Source of the DNA: Pontiella sp.
GTDB lineage: Bacteria > Verrucomicrobiota > Kiritimatiellia > Kiritimatiellales > Pontiellaceae
Assembly (NCBI GenBank): GCA_050290185.1
Contig: JBNKHE010000011.1
Coordinates: 1 to 64,000, forward strand
Direction of reading: 5' to 3'
Length of the DNA stretch: 64,000 bases
A program made the position numbers and the translations under genes. Of the stretch, positions 12,061 to 20,612 are shown piece after piece. The number at the start of each line of letters is the position of its first letter. Positions within the stretch are counted from its first letter, which is position 1. The notes beneath the pieces were generated by a model. That model saw only the letters and a list, made by a program, of their open reading frames with translations, had not been told where the DNA came from and did not search any database.

Positions 12061-12505
12061 CTGCAGAGGGCACGAAGGAAAACTTAAATCCTAAAACCTA
12101 ATACACATTTATTCCACCACACACGAAGTGGGGCTGGCTCAAAGAGACGGCAGCGAAGCGGCAAAGGGCACAGAGGTCACGAAGGGTAGGGCGGTATCGC
12201 GATTCGACTGAGCTCATCGACAGGATATGTCTCACGCAGAGCTAGCGGAGCCAACAGAGGATAGGGCGGCTTAACCGCCGAATGCCTCGTAGAGAGCCAG
12301 TAGCGGATAAAGAGAAAAAACCGGGAACCTCTTCTGTTATCTCTGATGGCTCTGTGTGATTAAAAATTACTGCCGTAGCGCGGTGAACCGATCCGCGAAC
12401 TGTATCTCACGAAGAGCCAACAGAGCCCGCAGGGGGTTGGAGGGACAGCGTCCTCGCTGTCTCCAGAGACAAGCTGCAAACGCCAAGCCTCCAACCACAA
12501 ACGGT
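12061..12505. repeat. Patchwork of nonamer-period, heptamer and REP-like repeats (left island flank)
   Basis: CACGCAGAG-CTAGCGGAG-CCAACAGAG (12233), an inverted arm at 12335-12359 and a copy at 12407. Also GTAGGGCGG, hairpin GGACAGCG-TCCT-CGCTGTCT, and CAAAC-type heptamers at 12470-12504. Confidence 0.75.
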
Positions 12506-12563
12506 CTTATGACTAGACTCATCGTCTGTAGACGTGGCCTGCCGATTGATGCAGATTGGGCAA

Positions 12564-12788
12564 ATGAAAAAGACGGTTTCTATCACGCTGGAAGAGAATG
12601 ATTGGGGACAAATCATTGATGGGCTAGAGGTGCGCGCATGGCAATACGAACGAACGGCGCACTATTATGAAACAGGGAGTGGGGATGAATGCATTGAAGA
12701 GGTGAATGATGCTTCCGAAGCCCGAAACATGGCCGCGTGGTATCGCAGATTGGGAGCACAAATACAGGATCAGTTGCATGCATGTTGA
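12564..12788 (+). CDS. Small hypothetical protein (74 aa)
   Basis: MKKTVSITLEENDWGQIIDGLEVRA...; protein-like composition; overlaps the next ORF start. Confidence 0.6.
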   Translation: MKKTVSITLEENDWGQIIDGLEVRAWQYERTAHYYETGSGDECIEEVNDASEARNMAAWYRRLGAQIQDQLHAC

Positions 12789-12981
12789 TTTCGAGAAGCT
12801 GAGTGAATGCTGGGCCGAAATCCCATACGGACACTATTTGAATGCGGTCGATGATCTGCTGGAGTCTATGATTAGCAGAACTTCAAGGCAGCATGAATTG
12901 GCATATATCGCCGAATGCCAGGAAGCACTTTGCCTTCCATCGGAATGCGCTCATTCCATTGTAGTCGATAATTGGGAATAG
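12778..12981 (+). CDS. Small hypothetical protein (67 aa)
   Basis: MHVDFEKLSECWAEIPYGHYLNAVDDLL...; AGGA RBS; 11-nt overlap with the upstream ORF. Confidence 0.45.
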   Translation: MHVDFEKLSECWAEIPYGHYLNAVDDLLESMISRTSRQHELAYIAECQEALCLPSECAHSIVVDNWE

Positions 12982-13011
12982 CCGCAACAAGGCGCAAGAA
13001 GCTCAAAAATA

Positions 13012-13027
13012 TTCCAAGTGCTTGGAA
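13012..13027. promoter_or_regulatory. Palindrome TTCCAAG-TG-CTTGGAA upstream of the HNH gene
   Basis: Perfect 7-bp arms, ending 29 nt before ATG 13057. Confidence 0.45.
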
Positions 13028-13056
13028 AGTGGCATTCGGTCACATATCATCCCCGA

Positions 13057-13914
13057 ATGAATTTCAGGGATTCGTACGTCGCATACATCAAGGCCGAGAA
13101 CGCCGAGGGAAGCAATCGGGCGTCGTCATACATTCGCGCCATTGAGTTGCTGGATTCCATTCTGAGCCGAAAGGCTCCCAAGGAACTGAATGCCGACAGC
13201 ATTTGGTGCATTTCCTCCGCCAAGCACATCCAGAGTTTGTATGAGCTGGTTTTGGAGCACCAACGGCTTGGGCAAGACGGTATCTTCAAAGGCGAAAAAC
13301 CTATCAGCTATTGGCGTGACGGTTTTTGTTCCGCCGCGCTGAAAAGCTACAAGGAATTTCTGGTGACGCATCTTTACGAACAGCGGATGTGGGAAACGTA
13401 TCAGGATTCAGAAATCGCACCGGACCAATTGTCAGTGCGACTGGCAAGTATCGATGTAGAGTCCGCCGAAGTGCTGATCGAAGACAAAGAGGTCAATTTC
13501 AAGAGCCGGGAAGGGCGGGACGCCGTTCGGGAAGTCAAGACGCGGATAGGGCAGGGTTTCTTCCGGAAAATGATTTTGAAACAGTACAAAACGCAATGCT
13601 GCATCACCGGCCTGAACGTGCCCGAGGTGTTACGTGCCAGCCACATCACAAGCTGGGCCGACGATCCCGAAAACCGGATGAATCCGGCCAACGGACTTTG
13701 CCTTTCCGCCACCTACGATGCCGCCTTCGACAAGCACCTTATTTCATTCGATGTCGATTACCGTCTGATCCTCAGTCCGTTGCTGAAGGAGTATTACACG
13801 AATAATGCATTCAGGGAATATTTCCTTAATCGGGTTGGCGACACTATTTCAACGCCGATTAGACATTTCCCTGATCGTGAACTTTTAGAAAGGCATCGAA
13901 GTAAACTACAGTAG
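13057..13914 (+). CDS. HNH endonuclease (HNH_2 / putative restriction endonuclease type)
   Basis: RIGQGFFRKMILKQYKTQCCITGL...LRASHITSW...NPANGLCLSATYDAAFDKHLISF. Confidence 0.92.
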   Translation: MNFRDSYVAYIKAENAEGSNRASSYIRAIELLDSILSRKAPKELNADSIWCISSAKHIQSLYELVLEHQRLGQDGIFKGEKPISYWRDGFCSAALKSYKEFLVTHLYEQRMWETYQDSEIAPDQLSVRLASIDVESAEVLIEDKEVNFKSREGRDAVREVKTRIGQGFFRKMILKQYKTQCCITGLNVPEVLRASHITSWADDPENRMNPANGLCLSATYDAAFDKHLISFDVDYRLILSPLLKEYYTNNAFREYFLNRVGDTISTPIRHFPDRELLERHRSKLQ

Positions 13915-13938
13915 ATATATTTGATCGGCGGTTTGCTC

Positions 13939-15570
13939 TTATGAGCGCCGAAGCCATTCTGACTCATCTAGCCCTACTCTAGATAGATTAGCTGAGAATT
14001 CATTAGCAATACGTTGTGCATGCGATTCCTTTAGATCAAGTACCCAATAGTAGCGCATGGTTCCGTTGCTTGCGAAATAGTATTCGTTTCTTGCGGACTT
14101 TTGAGCAACTACGGAGTCTGTTCCCTCATTTGCTGAAAATGGAATCAATTTGAGGGCATGGCAGGGTTTTCTCGGGCAAGATAAAAGTTCGTAACTGCCA
14201 TCTTTGAGCTTAACGACCGCATCAACTTTTTTTGGAGATCGCTCCATAGGTAAAAAAAGGAAATCCCGTTTTTCATTTTCACTAATTCGAACGCTGTCGC
14301 AACGTTGTTGAATGCAAAGGAAATATGCCGGATTTTTGATGCCTTTGCGGACTATCGTTCCAAGGGTGAGCTGGGGAACATATGATGGGGCGTTGAGATT
14401 GCTTTTGTGATGTGTGAGTATCGAAAACTCTTCGTGAAGACCTTCTGGGTTTTTTCCTATTGGAAGAAAACCATCCATAGCATGCTTTTTGAGATCGTGA
14501 TTGCCGGTTGTTTTTTCATCCAAGTCTTCGGAGTATTTTGATTTGTACGCGTCGCTGATGGCTTTGTGATAACCTTTTGTCTGCCAGGTTTCTAAATCTT
14601 CAGTGTTAAGGGTTACTTTTTTCTTTTTCTTTACCGTGATGGTGAGCGGGTCGAATTTTTGGGTTTTTAACCATGAGGACACTTTGTTGTTATTGACTTC
14701 TTCTTCTAATCCTGTGTGCGAAAGTATGGAGCTCAGGGAACCTGTTATGCTTGCAATTAGAAGTTCTCCAGCATCTTCTGGGTTTGTAAGCATCGCTCTG
14801 TGTGTTGCAAATGCAGGATCGAGTTCCTTCCTATAGGAGTGTAGGAGTGCGCTTGTATTGTCGCGAACAGCCGACATGGCCTTCAGGATAGCATTTGGGA
14901 GCAGGCCAGAAATGTTGGTGGCAAATAGGTCAATTAGTCTTTCTGGAATTTCACTTTCTTTCAGAACGGCATGTTGATAAGGGTCAATTACCTTTGTTGA
15001 TTCCTTCGCCAAGACAGTTATTGCTATTGATCGATGCTGAAGAGTTAACTTGTCATCAAGTTGGTTGAATTTGATTTTAAATTTTTTCTGAATGCAGTCC
15101 CGTATTGTTTCAACAATATCATCAAGCGTATCTGTCCCAGTATAGATTGTGACCAGCCTGTGTTGCGCTGGTTCTTCTAAATCGCTGGAAAGTAACTTGC
15201 AGATTAGATCTAGTGCTTTCTCTCCGGTTTTGTCTTCTAGTTGCCAATCAATAATTGCAATGTCTGCTTGTTTTGCTGTGAGAGAGAATTTTTTCTCAAA
15301 GCTGTCTTTGTCTTGATACTTAAGGGTTGCGCAAATTATCCCTTGGTCAGCGAAGCTGTTAATTAAGGTTTCTGCATTTATTCCGATCTCTTCGTCTTTG
15401 AAGTTTTTGGTATCGGAGAATTGAACGGCTTGTTTTCCGCGTAATGATGAAGCATCTAGTTTGACCGGTTTTTGGGCAGTCTGAATGAATAATCTATCAT
15501 CAATGATAACCGCTGTTTGGATGAAGTCCTTCACAACTTTTTTTGATTTTTCCATGAATAAATCAGGCAT
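13939..15570 (-). CDS. Large receiver-domain protein (Response_reg_2-like) of an RM-associated system
   Basis: N-term FIQTAVIIDD...ADIAIIDWQL...LVTIYTG; C-term LTLGTIV...YFLCIQQRCDSVR. AAGGAG RBS; ATG overlaps the upstream stop (ATGCCTGA). Confidence 0.85.
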   Translation of the reverse strand: MPDLFMEKSKKVVKDFIQTAVIIDDRLFIQTAQKPVKLDASSLRGKQAVQFSDTKNFKDEEIGINAETLINSFADQGIICATLKYQDKDSFEKKFSLTAKQADIAIIDWQLEDKTGEKALDLICKLLSSDLEEPAQHRLVTIYTGTDTLDDIVETIRDCIQKKFKIKFNQLDDKLTLQHRSIAITVLAKESTKVIDPYQHAVLKESEIPERLIDLFATNISGLLPNAILKAMSAVRDNTSALLHSYRKELDPAFATHRAMLTNPEDAGELLIASITGSLSSILSHTGLEEEVNNNKVSSWLKTQKFDPLTITVKKKKKVTLNTEDLETWQTKGYHKAISDAYKSKYSEDLDEKTTGNHDLKKHAMDGFLPIGKNPEGLHEEFSILTHHKSNLNAPSYVPQLTLGTIVRKGIKNPAYFLCIQQRCDSVRISENEKRDFLFLPMERSPKKVDAVVKLKDGSYELLSCPRKPCHALKLIPFSANEGTDSVVAQKSARNEYYFASNGTMRYYWVLDLKESHAQRIANEFSANLSRVGLDESEWLRRS

Positions 15571-18514
15571 CTGATTTCTCCTTGGAAATTCTAAAGGTCG
15601 CACCATTACCGTTGTTGCTTGGATCAAGGGAAAGAGTGTATCCGGCTTGCCGTAGAACATTGCTTGAAATATGTAATCCCATTCCGCGGCCTCCCGGTTT
15701 CCTGGAGAAGCCAAGTTCGAATATTGATTCTTCATCTCTATCTGGGATGCCGGGTCCAGTATCGCTAATAATAATGTCAACCCCATCTGTTTTGAGATGA
15801 ATGATTTTTTCGCTCGTCCGGTTTTTTAACCAGAATATCGCATTATCAACCAGGTTCACAAAAACAGGATAGAAGGATGATGGGTAACCCGTGATCGTTC
15901 GTTTTAGGAAGGGTTTACTTGCTTTTATTTCGACCCCGTGTCGTTTCAGGCGTTCTCCGAAAAGGTCGTTTAGATATTTATCTATGTCGGCACCATCGAA
16001 CTCAGTCTCGGTTCGGTATAGTCGGCGGTGAAGTGGCGTGAAAAGAGTCAGATAGCTATCCAGATGATCAAAGCTTGCTCTAATACCTGAATATACATCC
16101 TCAAGACCTTCATTCAGATCTGCCCAAGCTTTGAGCTCACGCAAGCGATTTCTTACACCACGGATGCTGCTGTTAAACTCATGATTGATGACCTCAATTG
16201 CCATTCCCATTTGCGTTAGCTGAAGGTCCGCATCGGCCGCTTCTTCAAGAGTCATGACCTTTTGTTCCAGAGCCTCCAGTTGGTCTAGTTGGGTGATATC
16301 ACTATCAAGTCGCAATGCCTCCAGCTGGTTCCGAATGCTAACAAGGATCTGCTTTTCTCTATCCTTTACCTCGTCGATCCGACGTTCCAATGCCATGCGG
16401 TGGTTTACAATTTCATCATCAGGAAACTCGGTAATGTTGAGGCGGCCGAATTCACTAAACACCAGAGCTATTTCATCTCTGACATTCGTGATGCTCTTGG
16501 AAATGGCTTGTTTCGTTTCCGCTGCTACTGTTTCCAATGATTCTCGCGTTTTCTTGGATTCAGAATTTGTGTTGGCTGTCGCGTCTTTTTCCCGGGCTTT
16601 TAAGGCGGCTTCAATTCGAGTTCGCCGATCCAGTTCTAGTCTAGCTTCTTTAGCAGCAAGGGTGATTTCCTGCTCGATTGTCGCTTGAGTGGGATTAAAA
16701 ACTTTGTCTTGAAGACCTGCGAAGGCATTTTGATAATCCTCCCAGTCTTTTTGCGTTTTCTTGGACATCCCAATTTTTGGTTTCGCAATTTTATATTTAG
16801 AAATTAGCTCTCGAATTTGTTGAACAGACTGTTCTTCCAGCTTTAGAAACTCACGAGCAGCCTCATGGGGATTTTTAATAGTACGGGCTGAATTCAATTG
16901 TTCTGTCAGTTGGTCCACAACCTTAAGAGCTTCGTTACCTGGAGCTGATGCATCATAGAGCCGAAAGAATTCTTCAAGTTCTGTTTCGAGCTTTTCTTTT
17001 TTAGCCCGGACCTGTTGGGCGCGTTTTTCCTCCGCTTTATGCAAATTCAGAATGTGCGCTCTTCGTTCAATGAATTTCTCTGATTTACTGCCACCTTCCC
17101 TAAAAAAGTCGGCAGCTAGTTGCAGTAAGAAATCCTCAAGGATACTTTTCATCTGCCGGTACGCTTCGTTTTCCCGAAAACCTTCTCTTCCCGCTTTCTC
17201 TTTTAGGGAGTCATTATCCGCGCTTGTAATTTCTACGGCACCAAAAATGCGGCGGTGTGAGTAATGGTAATATGCAGCTTGTTTTGTCCGGCGGTACTCG
17301 ATGCCGACCCAATCGTAATCGGTATCTCCATACGGCAGCATTCGAATGCCATTCTTGAAGATGTATAGGCCGCCCAGTCGATTCATCTTTGTGGTGAGTT
17401 GACTCCATTCTTCCATTGGAATTGTACTGTCACGCTGGTTACCCTGAACATCCGCGAATGCAATTTTAAAGGGGCCGCACTTTGCTGGAAGTCCCTTGCT
17501 TCTTGTCCATGGAATGACATGGTTTTTTATCTCTTCGCCATAAATAGATATAGTTCCATTAAACTGACCGTACTCATCGAATTCACCGATGACCGTGTGG
17601 TCAGCATTAACGAATTCTTTTGGTGTAAAGAAACGATCTTCTTCAATGAGGTCGTCAAACACCGCATCAGTTCTGTAATCACGAAAGGCCGCCGTAATAA
17701 CAGGGTCTTCATGATTTGGTGTCATGGTATCTGTAAACCCAAGCAAGGCTTTTTCGAGCGGAGATGCCTTTTCATTAGAACTGGAGTCGATATCTGCAAC
17801 AAGTAGCTCTGTTGCTTCTTTTATAATGAAATGGGTTCCTCGTCCTTCGGCTTGAAGGGAGAGGTAGTCTGTATTCTCCAGATAGGAATCGAGATCAACA
17901 GGGTCTACTGAAAATGTTTTAAGTTCTGCTCTGATGCGTTTCGTTAGTTCTCCGTTACCCGTACCGATGCCTTTTAAGTTATCTTTGAATGCATCGACCA
18001 TTTCTTGAATGTCATTCGCGCTAGGTAATGTGCCATTTTCAAATTCCCTAATAGGAATGTCGATGTCCTCCAGATTAATTCCTGGTATTTCGAAAATTCC
18101 CCAATTCAAGAATGCCGCAACTAGATTGTGAAGTTTTCCATCTCGTTCTGCTCTGGTAAGAACGAGAACTTGCGGGCCGATACTTGCGATCGAAAGACGG
18201 CCAATACCTTTTTCTCCAAGCATTGTACGTGATTTTTTAGACGCAGGGGCGTCTGGTAGAGCCATTGACTTAGAGTTGAGTTTGCTTTCTGTGCCAATGG
18301 TCAGCCAACGGTTTTCAAACTCATCACGAGTCATGCCCATTCCGTCGTCACGGAGAACGAAAAGTCGATCTGACCTAAAAAAGTCAATTTCGACATGATC
18401 TGCGTAGGCATCGTGTGCATTTTTGAAAAGTTCACTTATTGCTGTTGGAATGCCGGCAATCTGTTGCCGCCCCAGCATATCTACTGTTCGGGCGCGGGTT
18501 TTGAAGTTAGCCAT
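15563..18514 (-). CDS. MORC-type GHKL ATPase fused to a coiled coil and an HEF-motif histidine kinase
   Basis: N-term ELFKNAHDA, DDGMGMT, GEKGIGRLS. C-term H-box INHEFNSSIRGVR, then NLVDNA, DTGPGI, IFELGFS, GRGMGL, GATF. Confidence 0.92.
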   Translation of the reverse strand: MANFKTRARTVDMLGRQQIAGIPTAISELFKNAHDAYADHVEIDFFRSDRLFVLRDDGMGMTRDEFENRWLTIGTESKLNSKSMALPDAPASKKSRTMLGEKGIGRLSIASIGPQVLVLTRAERDGKLHNLVAAFLNWGIFEIPGINLEDIDIPIREFENGTLPSANDIQEMVDAFKDNLKGIGTGNGELTKRIRAELKTFSVDPVDLDSYLENTDYLSLQAEGRGTHFIIKEATELLVADIDSSSNEKASPLEKALLGFTDTMTPNHEDPVITAAFRDYRTDAVFDDLIEEDRFFTPKEFVNADHTVIGEFDEYGQFNGTISIYGEEIKNHVIPWTRSKGLPAKCGPFKIAFADVQGNQRDSTIPMEEWSQLTTKMNRLGGLYIFKNGIRMLPYGDTDYDWVGIEYRRTKQAAYYHYSHRRIFGAVEITSADNDSLKEKAGREGFRENEAYRQMKSILEDFLLQLAADFFREGGSKSEKFIERRAHILNLHKAEEKRAQQVRAKKEKLETELEEFFRLYDASAPGNEALKVVDQLTEQLNSARTIKNPHEAAREFLKLEEQSVQQIRELISKYKIAKPKIGMSKKTQKDWEDYQNAFAGLQDKVFNPTQATIEQEITLAAKEARLELDRRTRIEAALKAREKDATANTNSESKKTRESLETVAAETKQAISKSITNVRDEIALVFSEFGRLNITEFPDDEIVNHRMALERRIDEVKDREKQILVSIRNQLEALRLDSDITQLDQLEALEQKVMTLEEAADADLQLTQMGMAIEVINHEFNSSIRGVRNRLRELKAWADLNEGLEDVYSGIRASFDHLDSYLTLFTPLHRRLYRTETEFDGADIDKYLNDLFGERLKRHGVEIKASKPFLKRTITGYPSSFYPVFVNLVDNAIFWLKNRTSEKIIHLKTDGVDIIISDTGPGIPDRDEESIFELGFSRKPGGRGMGLHISSNVLRQAGYTLSLDPSNNGNGATFRISKEKSDA

Positions 18515-19601
18515 TTACAGCCTCTAGGTGTTTTAAGAAATGAGTTCCCATTGCGTGAGCGAGATCTACAGGGACTGCATTACCAATTTGCTTTGCCATA
18601 GAATTGAGATTGCCGGTGAATTCAAAATCGTCATCAAAACCCTGTAGACGGGCTGCTTCCCTTATGCTCAAGGCTCTGTCTTGTTCGGGGTGTCCAAAGC
18701 GTCCGTTGGAATAGCTAATGCACCTTGTGGTCAGACCCGTTGCGGGCTTGTCCCACCACAGACGACCATAGCAGTCGGTGTGGCCCGTATGAATAGAACC
18801 ATCTTTTCTGGGTTTGTAGCACGTCGGCCAGAGCCTTTTGGGCCAGTTGTTGCGACCTCCGCCATTATGTTCGGATGCCTGAATTCGGCGCATGTTTAAT
18901 TCCGATAAAGCTGCGGCTCGGTGGTTCAGGACGTTGGGTTCGGAGCATTCTTCTCCAGCGGCTATGGGTGGAAGATCGCCAATTGCATCGCGAACGGTTT
19001 TATAGGGATTCTTACTGTCGTCACCGTGTGTAGCCCCGGGGATGCTGATTTCGCCGTGTTTGCTGGCGAGTAGTACAAATCTTCGGCGCAATTGTGGTGC
19101 GCCATAGTCCTGAGCGGCGACTACGCCATAGGTGACCTCATACTCTAGTTTCTTGAGCAATCCTTCAAATGCCGGGAATGGTCCGCGCTTAGATGTGGGT
19201 ACCTTCTGGAGTCCCGGAACGTTTTCGACAAAGACAAAATCAGGCTCGTGCCTCTCTATAATTCGACCGAATTGAGAGAGGAGGCTTTTGCGGGTGTCTC
19301 GTTTGGGGCTTTCGGTATTTTGCTTTGTAAACGGCTGGCATGGGGCACAACCGCAAAACAATTTGAAACTGTTTTCATGTTTCGAGAGAGTAGGCTGTAG
19401 ATCGGAGGCAGACAGTTTTGTGATGCTTTTATCGCAAAAGGTTGTACCTGGGAAATTCTTGATGAATGTACTTTTGGCGTCTGGATCAATATCCAAGGCA
19501 AAAGCGATCTCCATGCCCGCTTTCTGAAACCCGCGGCTCGTTCCTCCGCAACCACAGAAAAAGTCGAATACGGCTATGTTGGTATGACGTTTGGTTTTCA
19601 T
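18507..19601 (-). CDS. DNA (cytosine-5)-methyltransferase
   Basis: Motif I FDFFCGCGG, IV GCAPCQPF, VI VENVPG, VIII QLRRR, IX REAARLQGF, X QIGNAVP. 8-nt overlap with the ATPase start. Confidence 0.97.
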   Translation of the reverse strand: MKTKRHTNIAVFDFFCGCGGTSRGFQKAGMEIAFALDIDPDAKSTFIKNFPGTTFCDKSITKLSASDLQPTLSKHENSFKLFCGCAPCQPFTKQNTESPKRDTRKSLLSQFGRIIERHEPDFVFVENVPGLQKVPTSKRGPFPAFEGLLKKLEYEVTYGVVAAQDYGAPQLRRRFVLLASKHGEISIPGATHGDDSKNPYKTVRDAIGDLPPIAAGEECSEPNVLNHRAAALSELNMRRIQASEHNGGGRNNWPKRLWPTCYKPRKDGSIHTGHTDCYGRLWWDKPATGLTTRCISYSNGRFGHPEQDRALSIREAARLQGFDDDFEFTGNLNSMAKQIGNAVPVDLAHAMGTHFLKHLEAVNG

Positions 19602-19775
19602 ATTAAGGCCATGTAAGCGCAGCTGTTATATGAAGTATTTAAGCCTTTATCAATAGGTCTTTGATGGCATCTGCGGTTACTTGCTGATCAAAAGCATGCT
19701 TTGGGTTCCATGGTTTGATTCTGGACAAAGAAAGAGCTGTTGGGAGTTTGCGGTTTGAAGTTTGCCGTTGCGCTG

Positions 19776-19859
19776 TCATCTGATGATCTTCGTGTTCTCT
19801 GTGGTGAGATATCTCTGTAGTTTGGCCAATACCTTTTCGGGCTTTTTCAGTTCGAATTC
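19776..19859 (-). pseudogene. Remnant 3' end of a second vsr allele
   Basis: Translates EFELKKPEKVLAKLQRYLTTENTKIIR*, aligning with the intact Vsr C-term ECQLKNPDQVLQKIERHL. It is followed by the same GTTTGNN heptamer array type as the intact vsr. Confidence 0.7.
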
Positions 19860-19903
19860 CCTGTTGAGAGCGGTTAGAGGTTTGCGGTTTGTAGTTTAAG
19901 GGA

Positions 19904-20317
19904 CTATCCCGGTTTGGGTAGGTGCCTTTCGATCTTCTGCAGGACTTGGTCGGGATTTTTGAGCTGGCACTCCCAAATGGTCAATACGCTCCATCCCATC
20001 TTTCTTAGTTCGCGGGTGTGTTTTTTGTCGTTGGCGACGTTGCGTTCAAACTTGGCTTGCCAGAAGGCGACGTTGGATTTTGGGGTGGAGGCGGTCTTGC
20101 AGTTTTTGTGGCGATGCCAGAAGCAACCGTGAACAAAGATGACGGTGTGGTATTTCCTCAAGACAATGTCGGGTTTGCCGGGAAGGTCTTTTCGGTGCAG
20201 GCTGAAGCGGTAGCCGGCGCGGTGGAGCAGGGAGCGCACCTGCAACTCCGGTTTCGTATTCTTCCCGCGGATCTTCGACATGTTCCGCGAGCGTTCCTCT
20301 GGCGTCAGCGAATCCAT
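19904..20317 (-). CDS. vsr: Very short patch repair endonuclease
   Basis: RSRNMSKIRGKNTKPEL, LPGKPDIV, FVHGCFWH, LTIWEC. Confidence 0.97.
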   Translation of the reverse strand: MDSLTPEERSRNMSKIRGKNTKPELQVRSLLHRAGYRFSLHRKDLPGKPDIVLRKYHTVIFVHGCFWHRHKNCKTASTPKSNVAFWQAKFERNVANDKKHTRELRKMGWSVLTIWECQLKNPDQVLQKIERHLPKPG

Positions 20318-20612
20318 GGGCAAAGCGTAGGCTTCGCGGTGTTAGGTGTTAAGAGTTAAGTGTTATGTTTTTGCAGGCGGAGGAGAGGGGGCTGCCGATG
20401 AATTTAAGAATAGGCACAGGGATCAGCCCGGAAGGGCATTAAGTAAATTATAATTCAGCGCATAAGCACGTCCGATCAGCGCTTTCGCAATTGATTTTTA
20501 ATTGTGGATTTAAGCGTTCCCTTCGTCTCTGCACGATCAGTTCTTATATTGACTGCTGAGGGGCATTGCATCCGATTCCCGCGGAGATTAAAGTCTGTTT
20601 TTTTAGGGGGGC

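Noticed and set aside
12061..12505. CRISPR array or retron ncRNA in the repeat-rich gap
   Set aside because: The repeats are degenerate, irregularly spaced and in both orientations, with no constant repeat-spacer period. No cas or reverse transcriptase gene is in the window.
19639..19735. Possible further gene-tail remnant (minus frame LSLSRIKPWNPKHAFDQQVTADAIKDLLIKA*) upstream of the MTase
   Set aside because: No start codon and no similarity to anything I can identify; it may just be promoter DNA.
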